A stretch of DNA of 63,994 nucleotides, counting the filler, from Octopus bimaculoides (taxonomy: Eukaryota): NCBI RefSeq assembly GCF_001194135.2. It is 4 parts of 4 records of this genome, joined end to end, with 100 filler letters (N's around TTAATTAATTAA, not from the genome) between each part and the next. Parts side by side here need not be neighbours in the genome. Positions count along the whole stretch, not along the records: positions 1 to 23,916 come from NC_068983.1; 3 more parts are not named here. One strand, 5' to 3'. Shown in pieces: positions 1-11,712 of the stretch. The notes under the pieces are model-generated. The model had not been told where the DNA came from. It ran no database searches and worked only from the letters and a program-made list of their open reading frames with translations. Position 1 is the stretch's first letter, and every line of letters starts with the position of its first letter. A program made the position numbers and the translations under genes.

Positions 1-59
1 ATTATGATCAGCCATTATTATGATTGACCGTTGACTGAACACTATTCAATTTTTTTTCT

Positions 60-213
60 CCGTGTTTTTCTCCTTGTCTCCGTATTCTTTCTGTTGAAGA
101 TCGTAGCTCGAAACGTCAAAGACTTTCCGTATTCCCGAGCGTCATACTAATACATCCTTTTGTTATTTACACCACCTGTCCTCGTCTGTTGTTGTTTTTT
201 CGTACATTCTCCC
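60..213 (+). mobile_element. Penelope-type pseudo-LTR/short repeat fragment carrying an HHR-like motif; same family as 41870-42060 (-)
   Basis: Shares TTCCCGAGCGTC, GTCCTC and TTGTTGTTTTTT blocks with the reverse complement of 41880-42010; ends in (TA)n. Confidence 0.5.
86..122 (+). ncRNA. Degenerate type I hammerhead ribozyme motif
   Basis: TCTTT-CTGTTGA-AGATCGTAGCTC-GAAAC-GTC|AAAGA: 5-bp helix I, palindromic ACGT stem III, GUC triplet; core A6 replaced by U. Confidence 0.55.
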
Positions 214-245
<32 letters not shown>

Positions 246-955
246 TACAAAGTGGCAAAATATTATACGGATTTTTGATGTAAACACATATCAACGTTAA
301 TGAGGAAACGTAGACAATTTGAAGCAACTAGCACACAATACTGAACTATATAGGACTATTTGTTTAACTCCGCATATGCGTCAAAACTTCACGCGACAAC
401 TACTGCGACAGTATATATATGTATTGAAAATACACTTAGATGCAACGCTTAGTCATTTTAGTCATTGTGACACAAATACAATATACATTTTCAACAAATA
501 ATGAATTTTTTTTCAGCCATTTCCATTTCTATCTAATTAATGAGACATCAGAACGCACTTACATGTTTATGTTTATACCATCACGTACACAAATATATAC
601 GCTGCAAAATTATCAAATATGAAATACAGAAGAAAATTATAAATATTTATAGAAATACGGAAATTTTCAAACAACGCACTCCAAACGTTCACCAACGTAT
701 CTTGCACATTTTATAGTTTTTCTTATACGATGATATGTTTAATAATACATTTCATGTTTACTGTTGACAGTTTTAATTAGTTTGTAATTCATATTTGTTT
801 AGAAATGATTTGAAATAATGCGCAGTGATTAATCTTAAGAACATTTATTTAAAGTCTATCCATTATGCATCGTATCGTTCCATTAAATTATCTATCATTA
901 TTTATGCAACGCGTACATATACACACAGATACACATACACAGTTTCTCACATGTT

Positions 956-1048
<93 letters not shown>
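956..1048. repeat. (TA)n followed by (TAGA)n microsatellite
   Basis: Direct reading. Confidence 0.95.
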
Positions 1049-1049
<1 letters not shown>

Positions 1050-1376
1050 CACATACATGAGTGAGTGTGTGTGGCGTGGTAGGGTTTGTTTGCCTGTGTG
1101 TCTGTGTATCCATACGTTACATACTCTGATGCCTAAATGAATACATAACAATAGATAGACAATTTTAAATCGTTTGCATAGGAAGGATTTTAATTAAGTA
1201 ACACACAAATAGGCAATTTCTGAATTTACATGGTAAATGTCAGTGTAGTATCTAGTTTGCCAATATGAGGTAGTAGTTATTGTTTTCCATACGTAGAGTA
1301 CATATATGAATATACTTACTACATATCTAGGAAGACGAAACCTTCATTAAAATTAAAACTTGTTTTATATAAATAA

Positions 1377-1676
1377 CTAGCAGTATAACCCGGCGCTGCT
1401 CGGGATTAAGCTAGGATTATTAAATGATTAAGTCCTTTATTTCAAACGAAAATAAGTAACATCGGCGTCGGATTTGAGCGAAATCCGTTGAAATTGGTTT
1501 GGCAGAAAATGGTTTGCTGGCAATTTGATTGGGAAATCCCATAAGGAATCAGTTTATTGGTTATTTTCACTTATTGACTCTTTTTTTAAATGTTGCATTA
1601 GAGATCTGCATAGGAGAAGGTTGATCTGAAGGTTTGCATTGGGGATCTGGATTGGAGTAACTTAGGAAAGCTTACC
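1377..1676 (-). mobile_element. Non-autonomous Helitron, 3' end (rest lost in gap)
   Basis: Minus strand reads CCCGAGCAGCGCCGGG hairpin, short spacer, then CTAG followed by T, the canonical Helitron 3' terminus. Confidence 0.55.
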
Positions 1677-2124
1677 NNNNNNNNNNNNNNNNNNNNNNNN
1701 NNNNNNNNNNNNNNNNNNNNNNNNNNNNNNNNNNNNNNNNNNNNNNNNNNNNNNNNNNNNNNNNNNNNNNNNNNNNNNNNNNNNNNNNNNNNNNNNNNAT
1801 ATATTTGAATTGTTGTGTGAGAATGTATATATAATCTTATTATAGAATATAGTGTCTTTCAAAAACATCTTATATTTGAAACTATATCTCATGTTTAAGA
1901 AAAAAAATGCATTTTACTCTGTCTTCCTTAGCTATATTTTCTTTCGTAATACGCTTTGTCTCCCTATTCCACTTGTTCGTTCCATTTTTTTTTTGTTAGA
2001 AGCTGTCTTGGTGAGAGAATTTTTTTTTTCCTTAGCCGCTTTGTCTCCCTCTTCCACTTTTTCATTTTATTTTTAGACGCTTGGCAAACACTCTGTTTCT
2101 CCCCTTGTCACAAACACACTATTT

Positions 2125-2238
2125 CTTTTTTTCTCTCTTTTTTCTTTCTCTCTCTCTTTCTTTCTTTCTCTCTCTTTCTTTCTTTCTCTCTCTTTCTTTC
2201 TTTCTCCCTCTCTCTCTCTCTTGCTCTCTCTCTCTCCT
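2125..2238. repeat. CT-rich (CT)n/(CTTT)n low-complexity tract
   Basis: Direct reading. Confidence 0.9.
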
Positions 2239-2639
2239 TCACGCGCGTACGCACAGATTTGACTTCGCCATGTCAACAAACTTCAAAATTGGTAAAATTT
2301 TATCGATTTTTACAGCTATACGCGGGTGCCTCTGAGAGAAAAAGTTGACAAAAACACAGATAGGGTCATGAACAATGTCCTCCTAAAATTGGAGCGACAT
2401 GCGTGCTAATTTGTGGACGTGCATAACCCACATCACGTACACACACACACAAACATCTTGTGTTTTATAGATATTGATGATTCGGGTTTACCGATTTATA
2501 TAAGGGATTATTCGGATTTACATATTTCATGTGCTTAAATTATATCTAAGTTTATTGACCAATAATTGAGCACTATATCTCCAAATCTCTTGAAATCCTA
2601 ATCCGCCGAAGGCAAGTAATGAAAGATATTCTGTAGCCT

Positions 2640-2876
2640 ATTTTAAGATCCAGTATTCAGGATTCGAAATTCAAACTTAGGGTCATTATAGGCTCAACAT
2701 GATAACACTCTGTGTAGTCGTGAGCTTCACTTTGCAAAAATTCATGTATTATTTGAGGCATTAGTGCATAAATGTTGAGGAATCCCCATTCATGATTCTT
2801 TAATAACACCTAATGACAAATAATAACATGCCATTTGTCAAGGTTATAGTAAGTGGGCCCAATATTTTCCCTACTG
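2640..2876 (-). mobile_element. Possible Tc1-like transposon end
   Basis: Minus strand TA|CAGTAGGGAAAATATTGGG resembles Tc1-type TIRs next to a TA; no partner TIR found. Confidence 0.3.
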
Positions 2877-3832
2877 TATATTTGATACGATGAAGGCGCG
2901 TGGTTTAGTAGTTAGGGATATTTGGCCCACGGCAGTACAGATGTGAGCTCCATTCCTCTCGGCCTCTTATGTTTCTCCAGATCACTCAACAAGAAAAATA
3001 TGTTGTGTCTGTAACAAACGCAGCCAGCCTTGTCACATTCTGTATCAAGTTGAATCTCCTTGAGAAAAGACAAAAAAAAAATAAAAACTTTAAGACTACG
3101 CAACAAAATTTCATGAGCACGGTGTATCATTGACTGACAAAACTGAAACACACGTTGTGCTAACCGGCTGTTTATCCATTACGTTACACACTGGAAACGA
3201 GTGCCTGTTTCCAGTAACTCACGTAAATATTACTTAGTTTATCAGCAACACGCATAAGTATCTACCAGAAACATACGTATCCAGAGAATTCTATTCAAGT
3301 GTGGATGTCTCTTTATGCGGCATGTTTTAGGTATATTCTCGCTTTTTCTAGACAGCCTATATATATTAAATAATACATCAAATGCATCATTCGTCTCAGG
3401 TCATATTCACCATTCATAAGTGAGTTAGAATTATATTTATGTTTCTTCCACATGAATACAACTTATAATCTGAAAAGCATGTATATGTGGGTGTGTGTGT
3501 GTATGCGTGTGTGCGTGTCGGTGTGTTTGTGACAACCTGTATGTAAATTGCATAGTATTTTGAGTCAGTGATATTAATTTTTGCTTCGGGATATTTACAA
3601 AATATCTGAGCGGAAAAAATGAAGTTTATACATATGGCGGAGAGGGTGTGTGTGTTGATATATGTGTAAGCGTGTAGATATGAATGCGTAATCATTCTCG
3701 AATTCTCTTAACATACGTGAAAATGTGTATGAAAGGGAATGTCTGCATAATGTTAGGATCAGAAGAAACGAGAATGCATTACAAGGGGTATCTAGGCATG
3801 GGTAAATATATCAACAGAACCTAATAGTAATA

Positions 3833-3873
<41 letters not shown>

Positions 3874-3938
3874 AATGATGATGATGGTGGTGGTGGTGGT
3901 GGTGGTGGTGGTGGTGGTGGTGGTTGTGGTGGTGATAG

Positions 3939-3983
<45 letters not shown>

Positions 3984-4130
3984 CGATGATGATGATCATG
4001 ATGATCATGATGATATTGATGGTAATGATGATGATGAAGACGATGAGGAGAAGGAGGAGGAAGAAGAGGAGGCAGATGGGGAGGGTGAAAAGGAGGAAGA
4101 TACGATGCAGATGAACATGGTGGTGATAGC
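3833..4130. repeat. Compound trinucleotide array (GAT)n-(GGT)n-(GAT)n grading into GAG/GAA-rich sequence
   Basis: Direct reading; source of poly-M/V/I/T pseudo-ORFs. Confidence 0.95.
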
Positions 4131-4649
4131 GACTACGACTAGGACAACAATGTTAGCAATAATTATAATAATATTCGTTTTCTTACATGCTAAAATTTCA
4201 GCATTGCTATATTGATATAGGTTCTCCAACGAAAGTTTCAATGCTTCGACAAAATTTACTTCACAAATCTTTTCGTATCAATGGAAGTTCTAAAGATTGA
4301 TTTTAGATTGACACGGAATTTCACAATGCGTCGTTGTTGCAACTGAGAGATTAACCTGTTTTCACGCAACAATCTGTAGCCACAGAAGGAGACACATGGG
4401 AAATCAGTAACTCTACCAATGACATACCTTGTGCAACATTCCTATGATGTTTCTTTTAATCATACCTATGCTTAATCTATTTCTTTTTTTTTATTGTTTT
4501 TCAAACTATATTATTTCTCATACCACACTATATTTGGTCAGTAATAAACATGTATATGTGGGTGTTTGCTCCGTTATCATATCTTTATACTATAACAAAA
4601 CTCCTTAAACTGAATTTATATCAAGGCGTGATTGTAAAACAAGCATGTT

Positions 4650-4707
<58 letters not shown>

Positions 4708-6064
4708 TTATATGCATAATGTGACTTCATTTTTCTCCCTTTTTCTCGCCTAGTATTCACCTCTCAACATCTTTCATTACACTTGAAGATAAGTTGTATC
4801 CTCTCTGTCACCTATTTCCTCATCATGAATTTGTTACAGCAGCTGAGCCCATATTTTCTCATACAATTACAATATTTCAATGACATGAAGTCCGAATATC
4901 TACAGTTATATTGTCCATCATCCAGGATGTTACAACGTATAGAAACACAGCAGTAAATTCACTGGCAGAAACTACAGTTATCAAATAAGTTTCATTTTTG
5001 AAAGCAATATATGTTATCCTAATGGGTTATTCTAGTTGCTTCGTAGATTCGTATGCAGAAGTATATATTAAATATTAAGGTATTTGTACGTGACGTATGT
5101 GTCCAATATTTTCCTTTTGTCTGCTTTCGTTTTGTTTTAATCGACTTGGATAAATTGATATCATTTCGACAAATGAAAATACACACGATTTTATTAGAGA
5201 TTGAATGACACAAATATTAGAACGCTAGACATTTATTTACGCTGTGATTCTTTGGCCGACAAACTACAGTGAATGTACTGAAGGACTATACGTTGCACTG
5301 TATGCGGGATAAGGGTTGAAGAATGAAACATTTACTACAGTCCTGCATTATTAAACTTCAGAAATAATGTGGCACCCATGATGACTGAAGAAAATAATGT
5401 ACCTGGGATTTTACAATCTCCACATGTTGTGTCGTATTTCCCACACATTTGAACCAAGATAAAAGCCATTTTAGGTAGATAGATAGATAGACAGAAAGAG
5501 AGATAGATAGATAGATAGATAGATAGATACATATACATATATANNNNNNNNNNNNNNNNNNNNNNNNNNNNNNNNNNNNNNNNNNNNNNNNNNNNNNNNN
5601 NNNNNNNNNNNNNNNNNNNNNNNNNNNNNNNNNNNNNNNNNNNNNNNNNNNNNNNNNNNNNNNNNNNNNNNNNNNNNNNNNNNNNNNNNNNNNNNNNNNN
5701 NNNNNNNNNNNNNNNNNNNNNNNNNNNNNNNNNNNNNNNNNNNNNNNNNNNNNNNNNNNNNNNNNNNNNNNNNNNNNNNNNNNNNNNNNNNNNNNNNNNN
5801 NNNNNNNNNNNNNNNNNNNNNNNNNNNNNNNNNNNNNNNNNNNNNNNNNNNNNNNNNNNNNNNNNNNNNNNNNNNNNNNNNNNNNNNNNNNNNNNNNNNN
5901 NNNNNNNNNNNNNNNNNNNNNNNNNNNNNNNNNNNNNNNNNNNNNNNNNNNNNNNNNNNNNNNNNNNNNNNNNNNNNNNNNNNNNNNNNNNNNNNNNNNN
6001 NNNNNNNNNNNNNNNNNNNNNNNNNNNNNNNNNNNNNNNNNNNNNNNNNNNNNNNNNNNNNNNN

Positions 6065-6862
6065 ATAATTATAAATATATAGGGATTGACAGTAACCTGC
6101 TTCTCCAACATACTGAGAATTCAGAAATAGCAGTCAAGGAACTACTGATTTCAAAACTACAAATTATTACTCCAGATTGATAGCGATATTTTTGATACAC
6201 ACAGAACAAAAAAACAATAGAGAAGAGTAAAAAACCTGCCTTAAGTTAATTTAGTACAATTGTTTCACAGTTAAGAGTACATAATACTCTATTCTGATCT
6301 TCAGCTAAATATTCTAATAAATTTGTTAATGTCTAAATAACTCACGTTAATTTTGACCATGTGAACATCAATACCACGTGAAGAAGACGTTAAGAAATTT
6401 ATCGGCCAGTAGGTTCAAAACCTCTTGCCCTAATGAATTTCAATTCAGCGTGTATCAGAAATAGTTCCGTTTAGGAAAGAGACTCGTACGAATTCCTGCG
6501 GTATAACTATCCACCTTGGAGTTATTGTTAAAATAGTTAAATAGTTAAATAGTTAAAGTAGTTCCTTGACTGCTATTTCTGAATTCTCAGTATGTTGGAG
6601 AAGCAGGTTACTGTCAATCCCTATATATTTATAATTATAAATTATTTACCGAAGAAGGTTTTTTTCATGCTGAGCTACCCGGCAGAATCGTTAATTATTA
6701 ATTTTATTACTAATTGATGATTCCCTGCCCTGCATATCTATATTTTAACAATAACTCCAAGGTGGATAGTTATACCGCAGGAATTCGTACGAGTCTCTTT
6801 CCTAAACGGAACTATTTCTGATACACGCTGAATTGAAATTCATTAGGGCAAGAGGTTTTGAA
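6065..6862. mobile_element. HHR-bearing non-autonomous Penelope-associated/retrozyme-like element, two divergent partial copies of a ~572-nt monomer
   Basis: 6065-6146 is the reverse complement of 6557-6638, and 6414-6534 of 6741-6862; (AAATAGTT)x3 at the junction; HHR at 6249-6310; no ORF. Confidence 0.7.
6249..6310 (-). ncRNA. Near-intact type I hammerhead ribozyme
   Basis: ATTTAG-CTGAAGA-TCAG..AGAGTA.TTATG.TACTCT..CTGT-GAAAC-AATT-GTA|CTAAAT: 6-bp helix I, intact core, palindromic ACAATTGT; U.U mismatch at base of stem II. Confidence 0.8.
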
Positions 6863-7092
6863 NNNNNNNNNNNNNNNNNNNNNNNNNNNNNNNNNNNNNN
6901 NNNNNNNNNNNNNNNNNNNNNNNNNNNNNNNNNNNNNNNNNNNNNNNNNNNNNNNNNNNNNNNNNNNNNNNNNNNNNNNNNNNNNNNNNNNNNNNNNNNN
7001 NNNNNNNNNNNNNNNNNNNNNNNNNNNNNNNNNNNNNNNNNNNNNNNNNNNNNNNNNNNNNNNNNNNNNNNNNNNNNNNNNATATATAGGTT

Positions 7093-7790
7093 ATGAGCGG
7101 TAGTGGTGTCATCCCCATTTCTTTCATATTTCTACACTCAAATACCTTTCTCGCTCTTTCACCCTTATCTTCCTGTTCTTACCGTCTTATTATATTCACT
7201 GACGACTATCTGGTACACTTTCCCTTAACTCTATTTTTGTATTCCTTTTTACTTTCTTTTCTTTATTCCTTTTATTTTCTTCTTCCTCTCATCTTCTTTT
7301 CTCCTTTTTTTCTCTTTTGTCTCTCTCTCTTTATTTCTTTTTCCTCTCTTTCTTTATTCTTCTCTTCCAATTTTCGATTTGACGTTACTAATACAATCCC
7401 TACTTTTAGGTCACTTTAAACAGAACTCTCGATTCAATAACACTGCATATAAACTCTGTATTTGGAATGACAAATTTCAAAGACTGTTGCATTTTACTCA
7501 TAGAGTATTGGAATCTTAATAATAGATTGGTAAATACAATGACCAATCTTAAAGACTATTGGATTTTACTCACAAGGTATTGAAATCTTATATGTATACC
7601 ATTCTGACTAAACAATGGATCTACATATACAATATCCCTGCATTCACTCTATATTTCCTACCTTATCTAAATTAACTATTGCTTAACCATTCTCTCACAC
7701 CGTCTCCGATGAAGGGATACAATAAATATCCTGGAAACAGCTGCAAGATATTCTACTTATAAATGTTCTAAAATATACACAGGCTTGATT
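7093..7790 (+). mobile_element. Pyrimidine-rich Penelope-associated repeat ending in an HHR-like motif; 3' end similar to 12840-13590
   Basis: Similar organisation and terminal motif TCT-C(C/T)GATGAAGGGA..TATCC..GAAACAGCTG..AGA. Confidence 0.45.
7701..7748 (+). ncRNA. Degenerate hammerhead motif
   Basis: GTCT-CCGATGA-AGGGATA-CAATAAA-TATCCTG-GAAAC-AGCT-GCA|AGA; triplet mutated to GCA, probably inactive. Confidence 0.55.
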
Positions 7791-8439
7791 TTTTATCTTC
7801 TTTACATATATATATGTAAAGAATAAAAAAAAAGTTTTGAATGGTACAGCAATGCACTATAATTTTAAAAAATGGACTATATACCTGTTATAATTTAGTT
7901 ATCCACAGTCGGATGATATTTCGGAATATAATTCCTTCTTCAGATATTCTGAGATGGAGTCGCTGCTATAATCGGTTTTGCAACGGCTTTTCTTTTTTCG
8001 GAAGCGTCTCAGCAGTGGTCTCACGAATCTCCTTCCGTAATTCCTCATGAGAAGTGCATGAGGGCGGCTATGTCTCAATCCTGTGTGCGTTGGTACATCT
8101 GTAGCGCTGCTTCTAAGTTATGTATTATACGTGCAGCTTCCTTTTCCCCATTTTTATCCCTTCTTTTTTTTTTTCGTTCTAAACAATGGAAGAGTATATT
8201 GAAAATGAACCCTCACGCATCCAGATGTAGCTACACAATATATTGATTACCAGCCTCCAGCCTATTGTTAATTTGGGGCCCCTCAAAAAAAAAAAAAGAG
8301 AAGAGGAAAATAAAAGGATAAAAAGAAGATGCATGAAGAGGAATATAAAGAAAACCCAAAGGGATAAGTAATATGAAATTAATGGGTGGAATTCATAATC
8401 AGCGAATAAGGGAAGTAGTATGTTGTGAGTTAGAAAATT

Positions 8440-8960
8440 TGTAAAAGTGAGAAAATTTAAATCAGTTTATAGACGTTTGGAAATTAAATCTAAAACCTAA
8501 TAATGGGATACTTTAGTATATAACAAAACATATCAAGTATTTTCGTGAACAGTGTATAGAAGATCAAGATGAAAAATTATATAATGAATGTATAACGGAA
8601 TTAAATTATCTTATGAACAGAAACTTACAGTATACGTTAAACTAATATAAGAATTTCCCGTTCCATTACGGGTGGATAAATATAAGATACCATTAGAAAC
8701 GTTATCCAATATATGGGTTAATTAAATTAGGGAAATACTAAATGTATAAAGGAGTACGTTCAGATATAATATTTAAAGAAATCTGAGCATATAAATACTT
8801 AATGAATATACTACAAGATTTAAAAATATTATGAAATAAGAATTTGTATATCAAGTGAATTATATAGAAAACTTACAAATTGTTAATTTCCTTTTTTATA
8901 AATTATAAAGACTTGAAAGTATAGGAAAGGATACATGAATGTATAGAAATATGAAATATA
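8440..8960 (+). pseudogene. Heavily decayed reading frame, possibly the C-terminus of an L1/Tx1-like LINE ORF2
   Basis: Stop-riddled frame ..LIKLGKY*MYKGVRSDIIFKEI*AYKYLMNILQDLKIL*NKNLYIK*.. loosely resembles Tx1/L1 C-termini; A-rich sense strand. Confidence 0.25.
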
Positions 8961-9334
8961 ACATATAAACGTTTATGAAATATGTGTAATTACAAAGATA
9001 AAAGTATATTATATTATTCAGTGAGTTTTATGAAAAGAAATTATTAACTGCCAAACCATTGCTAACCTATAAATGGTACACAAATGTATAAGAGGATATA
9101 TAAATACATAAGAAAAATTAAGAATATAAAATATAAAATTTTATAAAATATATTTTACAGAATGACATAAAAGGTATAAAAGAGATATAAATAAGGATAT
9201 AGAATAAAACAAAATAAGGGTTATTTTATAAAGATATTGGTATATAGGAAGCAATTGTAGACCCTGCCCGGCCTCACATTAACTACTTAATTCAACGGAA
9301 TCTTAATTGTATGTATATATGTATGTCTTGGTAG

Positions 9335-9465
<131 letters not shown>

Positions 9466-10261
9466 TGCGTATGAATGTACGTACGTATAATGCATACATT
9501 TTGGAGCTAATATTGCTGAAATTGTCATGAAATAATCGCAAATGCATTTTGAAATAATTACGCATAAAATTACATAATGATTATAAACCCTATATCAGTA
9601 ATTGAAATATCTTTCGTTGAATGATCCAAATAGCCTTGATAATTTTGATCATTTGCTATATATCTAAAATAATTTGATTGATTTCCTAAACGTACTTTAA
9701 ACTTCTCAGTAAGAAGTAGAAGTTAAAGGGATTCTCAATGTAATAGTATTTCGTATTTTACAGTAGAAATATATTTAATCACTAATTTACATTAAAAAAT
9801 TACACCTACTCTTAAATAATAGTTTTTACACTTTCTTAGCTATATTTAGTATTGTCTAAACTGAACAATTTTGATAATTTGAAACATTTAAGATAGATGG
9901 ATAGCATTATCAATTATGGTTCATTGGTACTTCTTTTATTTTGTAGATTAAAAATGATATGGATTAACTAATATTCAAATTTCGATGATTGTTTTTGCCA
10001 CATATAAAACAAGTTATGATATTTGCTGTGATTTTATTTAATGATTAATCAGATTTCCTTTTTTTATTTAACTTGTCTAAATTGAAATCTTGTTAAAATA
10101 CTGTATACGGTGTAGTACATTAAACATCATGTCATAGCTAATTGCATCATACTGTCCATGTATTATATGGAGTCAACTATTGAAAGGCTTGTATATATGA
10201 TTAATTCATGCACACTACAGGACATTCATGTTGACTACACATCTCGTAATATATGGTTGTA

Positions 10262-10428
10262 TATACCAGTCTGTCTTTACCTTCTGAATCCAAACTCCGC
10301 CGAAGTTGACATTTCTAGCATCCTTCCGGGGTCGATAAATTAAGCACATGTTGCGTGCTGGAGTCGATCTAATTAACTGGACCCCTCTCCCCCAAAATTC
10401 GGGCCTTATGCCTAGAGTAGAAAAGATT
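10262..10428 (+). mobile_element. 5'-truncated tRNA-derived SINE (octopod family with Meta-like central domain), tail type A
   Basis: CATCCTTCCGGGGTCGATAAATTAAG core and GCCTAGAGTAGAAAAG tail shared with copies at 15480, 24433, 39113 and 60156. Confidence 0.75.
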
Positions 10429-10489
10429 ATAAAGTTGTATTTAAATACACGTATATATANNNNNNNNNNTCTCCACACGTGTACCCAAA

Positions 10490-10695
10490 AGCAACCCGGA
10501 AGTATTCCCGCTTCTTTGATGAAGATATATACAGATTAACTTCATTCCCTTTACTCTGTCGGATACGTAGGGTGTTCGTTTTTGGTGAGGTAAGAATTCT
10601 GTTTATTTATATATTTTTTTGGTACAATACTGTGCTGATGAACGAAATCTAGATTCATTCTAGTAATCGCGAAATCGGTCGATACACAGGTAAGT
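10490..10695 (+). promoter_or_regulatory. Candidate promoter/first non-coding exon(s)
   Basis: ETS-type CCGGAAGT at 10496-10503, then consensus donors GAG|GTAAGA (10589/90) and CAG|GTAAGT (10689/90); locally CpG-enriched. Confidence 0.35.
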
Positions 10696-10952
10696 TTATT
10701 TAAAAGAAAGTAGGTAGGCTTCTGTTGGTTGTTTTTCCTCGCATTAGGTACTAACTGTGGTTATTTTGAGAAGTCCACTGTGTGGCGTTGTTATTTTACT
10801 GTAATAATGCCCTTTATATAAATATAAACGAATAATTATATTCTTGGGAATAGAAATTTCCCTTACGAATTTTTTTACACACTGGCTATTGATAAAATTC
10901 CTGTAAAAGAGTTTTATCACTTTGTGAATTTATATATATATATATATATATA

Positions 10953-11712
10953 TTCAACTTTTACGATGAAAGTAAACAAACAAAGTTTGTTCTATTCTTT
11001 TTTTTTAGAAGCGTTGAGATGTATTGTAAGATACAGAAGTAAATTTATTTCACAAACGCGTGAAAATGCTATAAATAGTGTGATCAGGATAAATTATCCA
11101 TATAATGTAGAAAAATACGTTGCCGGCCAGCCATGAGACTCGAACTCACATCTCTGTGATTACGTGTTTAGTGTTTTACCATTAAACCAAACTGCCCAGC
11201 AACGCATTCTTCTGCAATTGTAGAATTTATAAATTTAGCTTCACAAGACGCTAACGTTAAATTCAAATTTTACGATGAAAGTAAACAAAGTTTGTTCTTT
11301 TTTGTTTTTTTTAGAAGCGTTGAGATGTATTTTAAGATACAGAAATAAATTTATTTCTCAAACGCATGATAATGCTATAAATAGCGTGATCAGGATAAAT
11401 TATCTATATAATGCAGAAAAATACGTTGCCGGCCAGCCATGAGGCTCGAATTCACATCTCTGTGATTACATGTCAAGTGTTTTACCATTAAACCAAACTG
11501 CGTCTTATGAAGCTAAAATTATAAGTTCTAAAATCGCAGAAGAATGCGTGCTTTGCAGCTTGGTTTAATGGTAAAACACTTGATATGTAATCATAGAGAT
11601 GTGAGTTCGAGTCTCATGGCTGGCCGGCAACGTATTTTTCTGCATTATAAGGATAATTTATCTTGATCACGCTATTTATAGCATTATCACGCGTTTGAGA
11701 AATAAATTTATT
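10953..11712. mobile_element. Triplicated unit containing a tRNA-Thr-like pseudo-tRNA: two tandem copies (10953-11250, 11262-11500) plus one inverted (11501-11712)
   Basis: Direct and reverse-complement matches; cloverleaf-like GTTT-AATGGTA-AAAC D-arm and GTGAG-TTCGAGT-CTCAT T-arm. Confidence 0.75.
11554..11626 (+). pseudogene. tRNA-like sequence (anticodon TGT; CGT in copy 1), non-functional
   Basis: A and B boxes present; position 33 is A in all three copies; anticodon and acceptor stems partly mismatched. Confidence 0.55.

Noticed and set aside
563-601. 39-nt minus-strand segment bounded by TTTTGCAG and GTAAGT (VYICVRDGININ)
   Set aside because: Too short, no partner exon or homology; expected by chance
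5335-5480. Protein-like frames on both strands (PALLNFRNNVAPMMTEENNVPGILQSPHVVSYFPHI*; CGKYDTTCGDCKIPG)
   Set aside because: No consistent splice-bounded open frame or recognisable domain
8300-9250. Mitochondrial insertion (NUMT) suggested by extreme AT content
   Set aside because: No recognisable mitochondrial protein, rRNA or tRNA motifs
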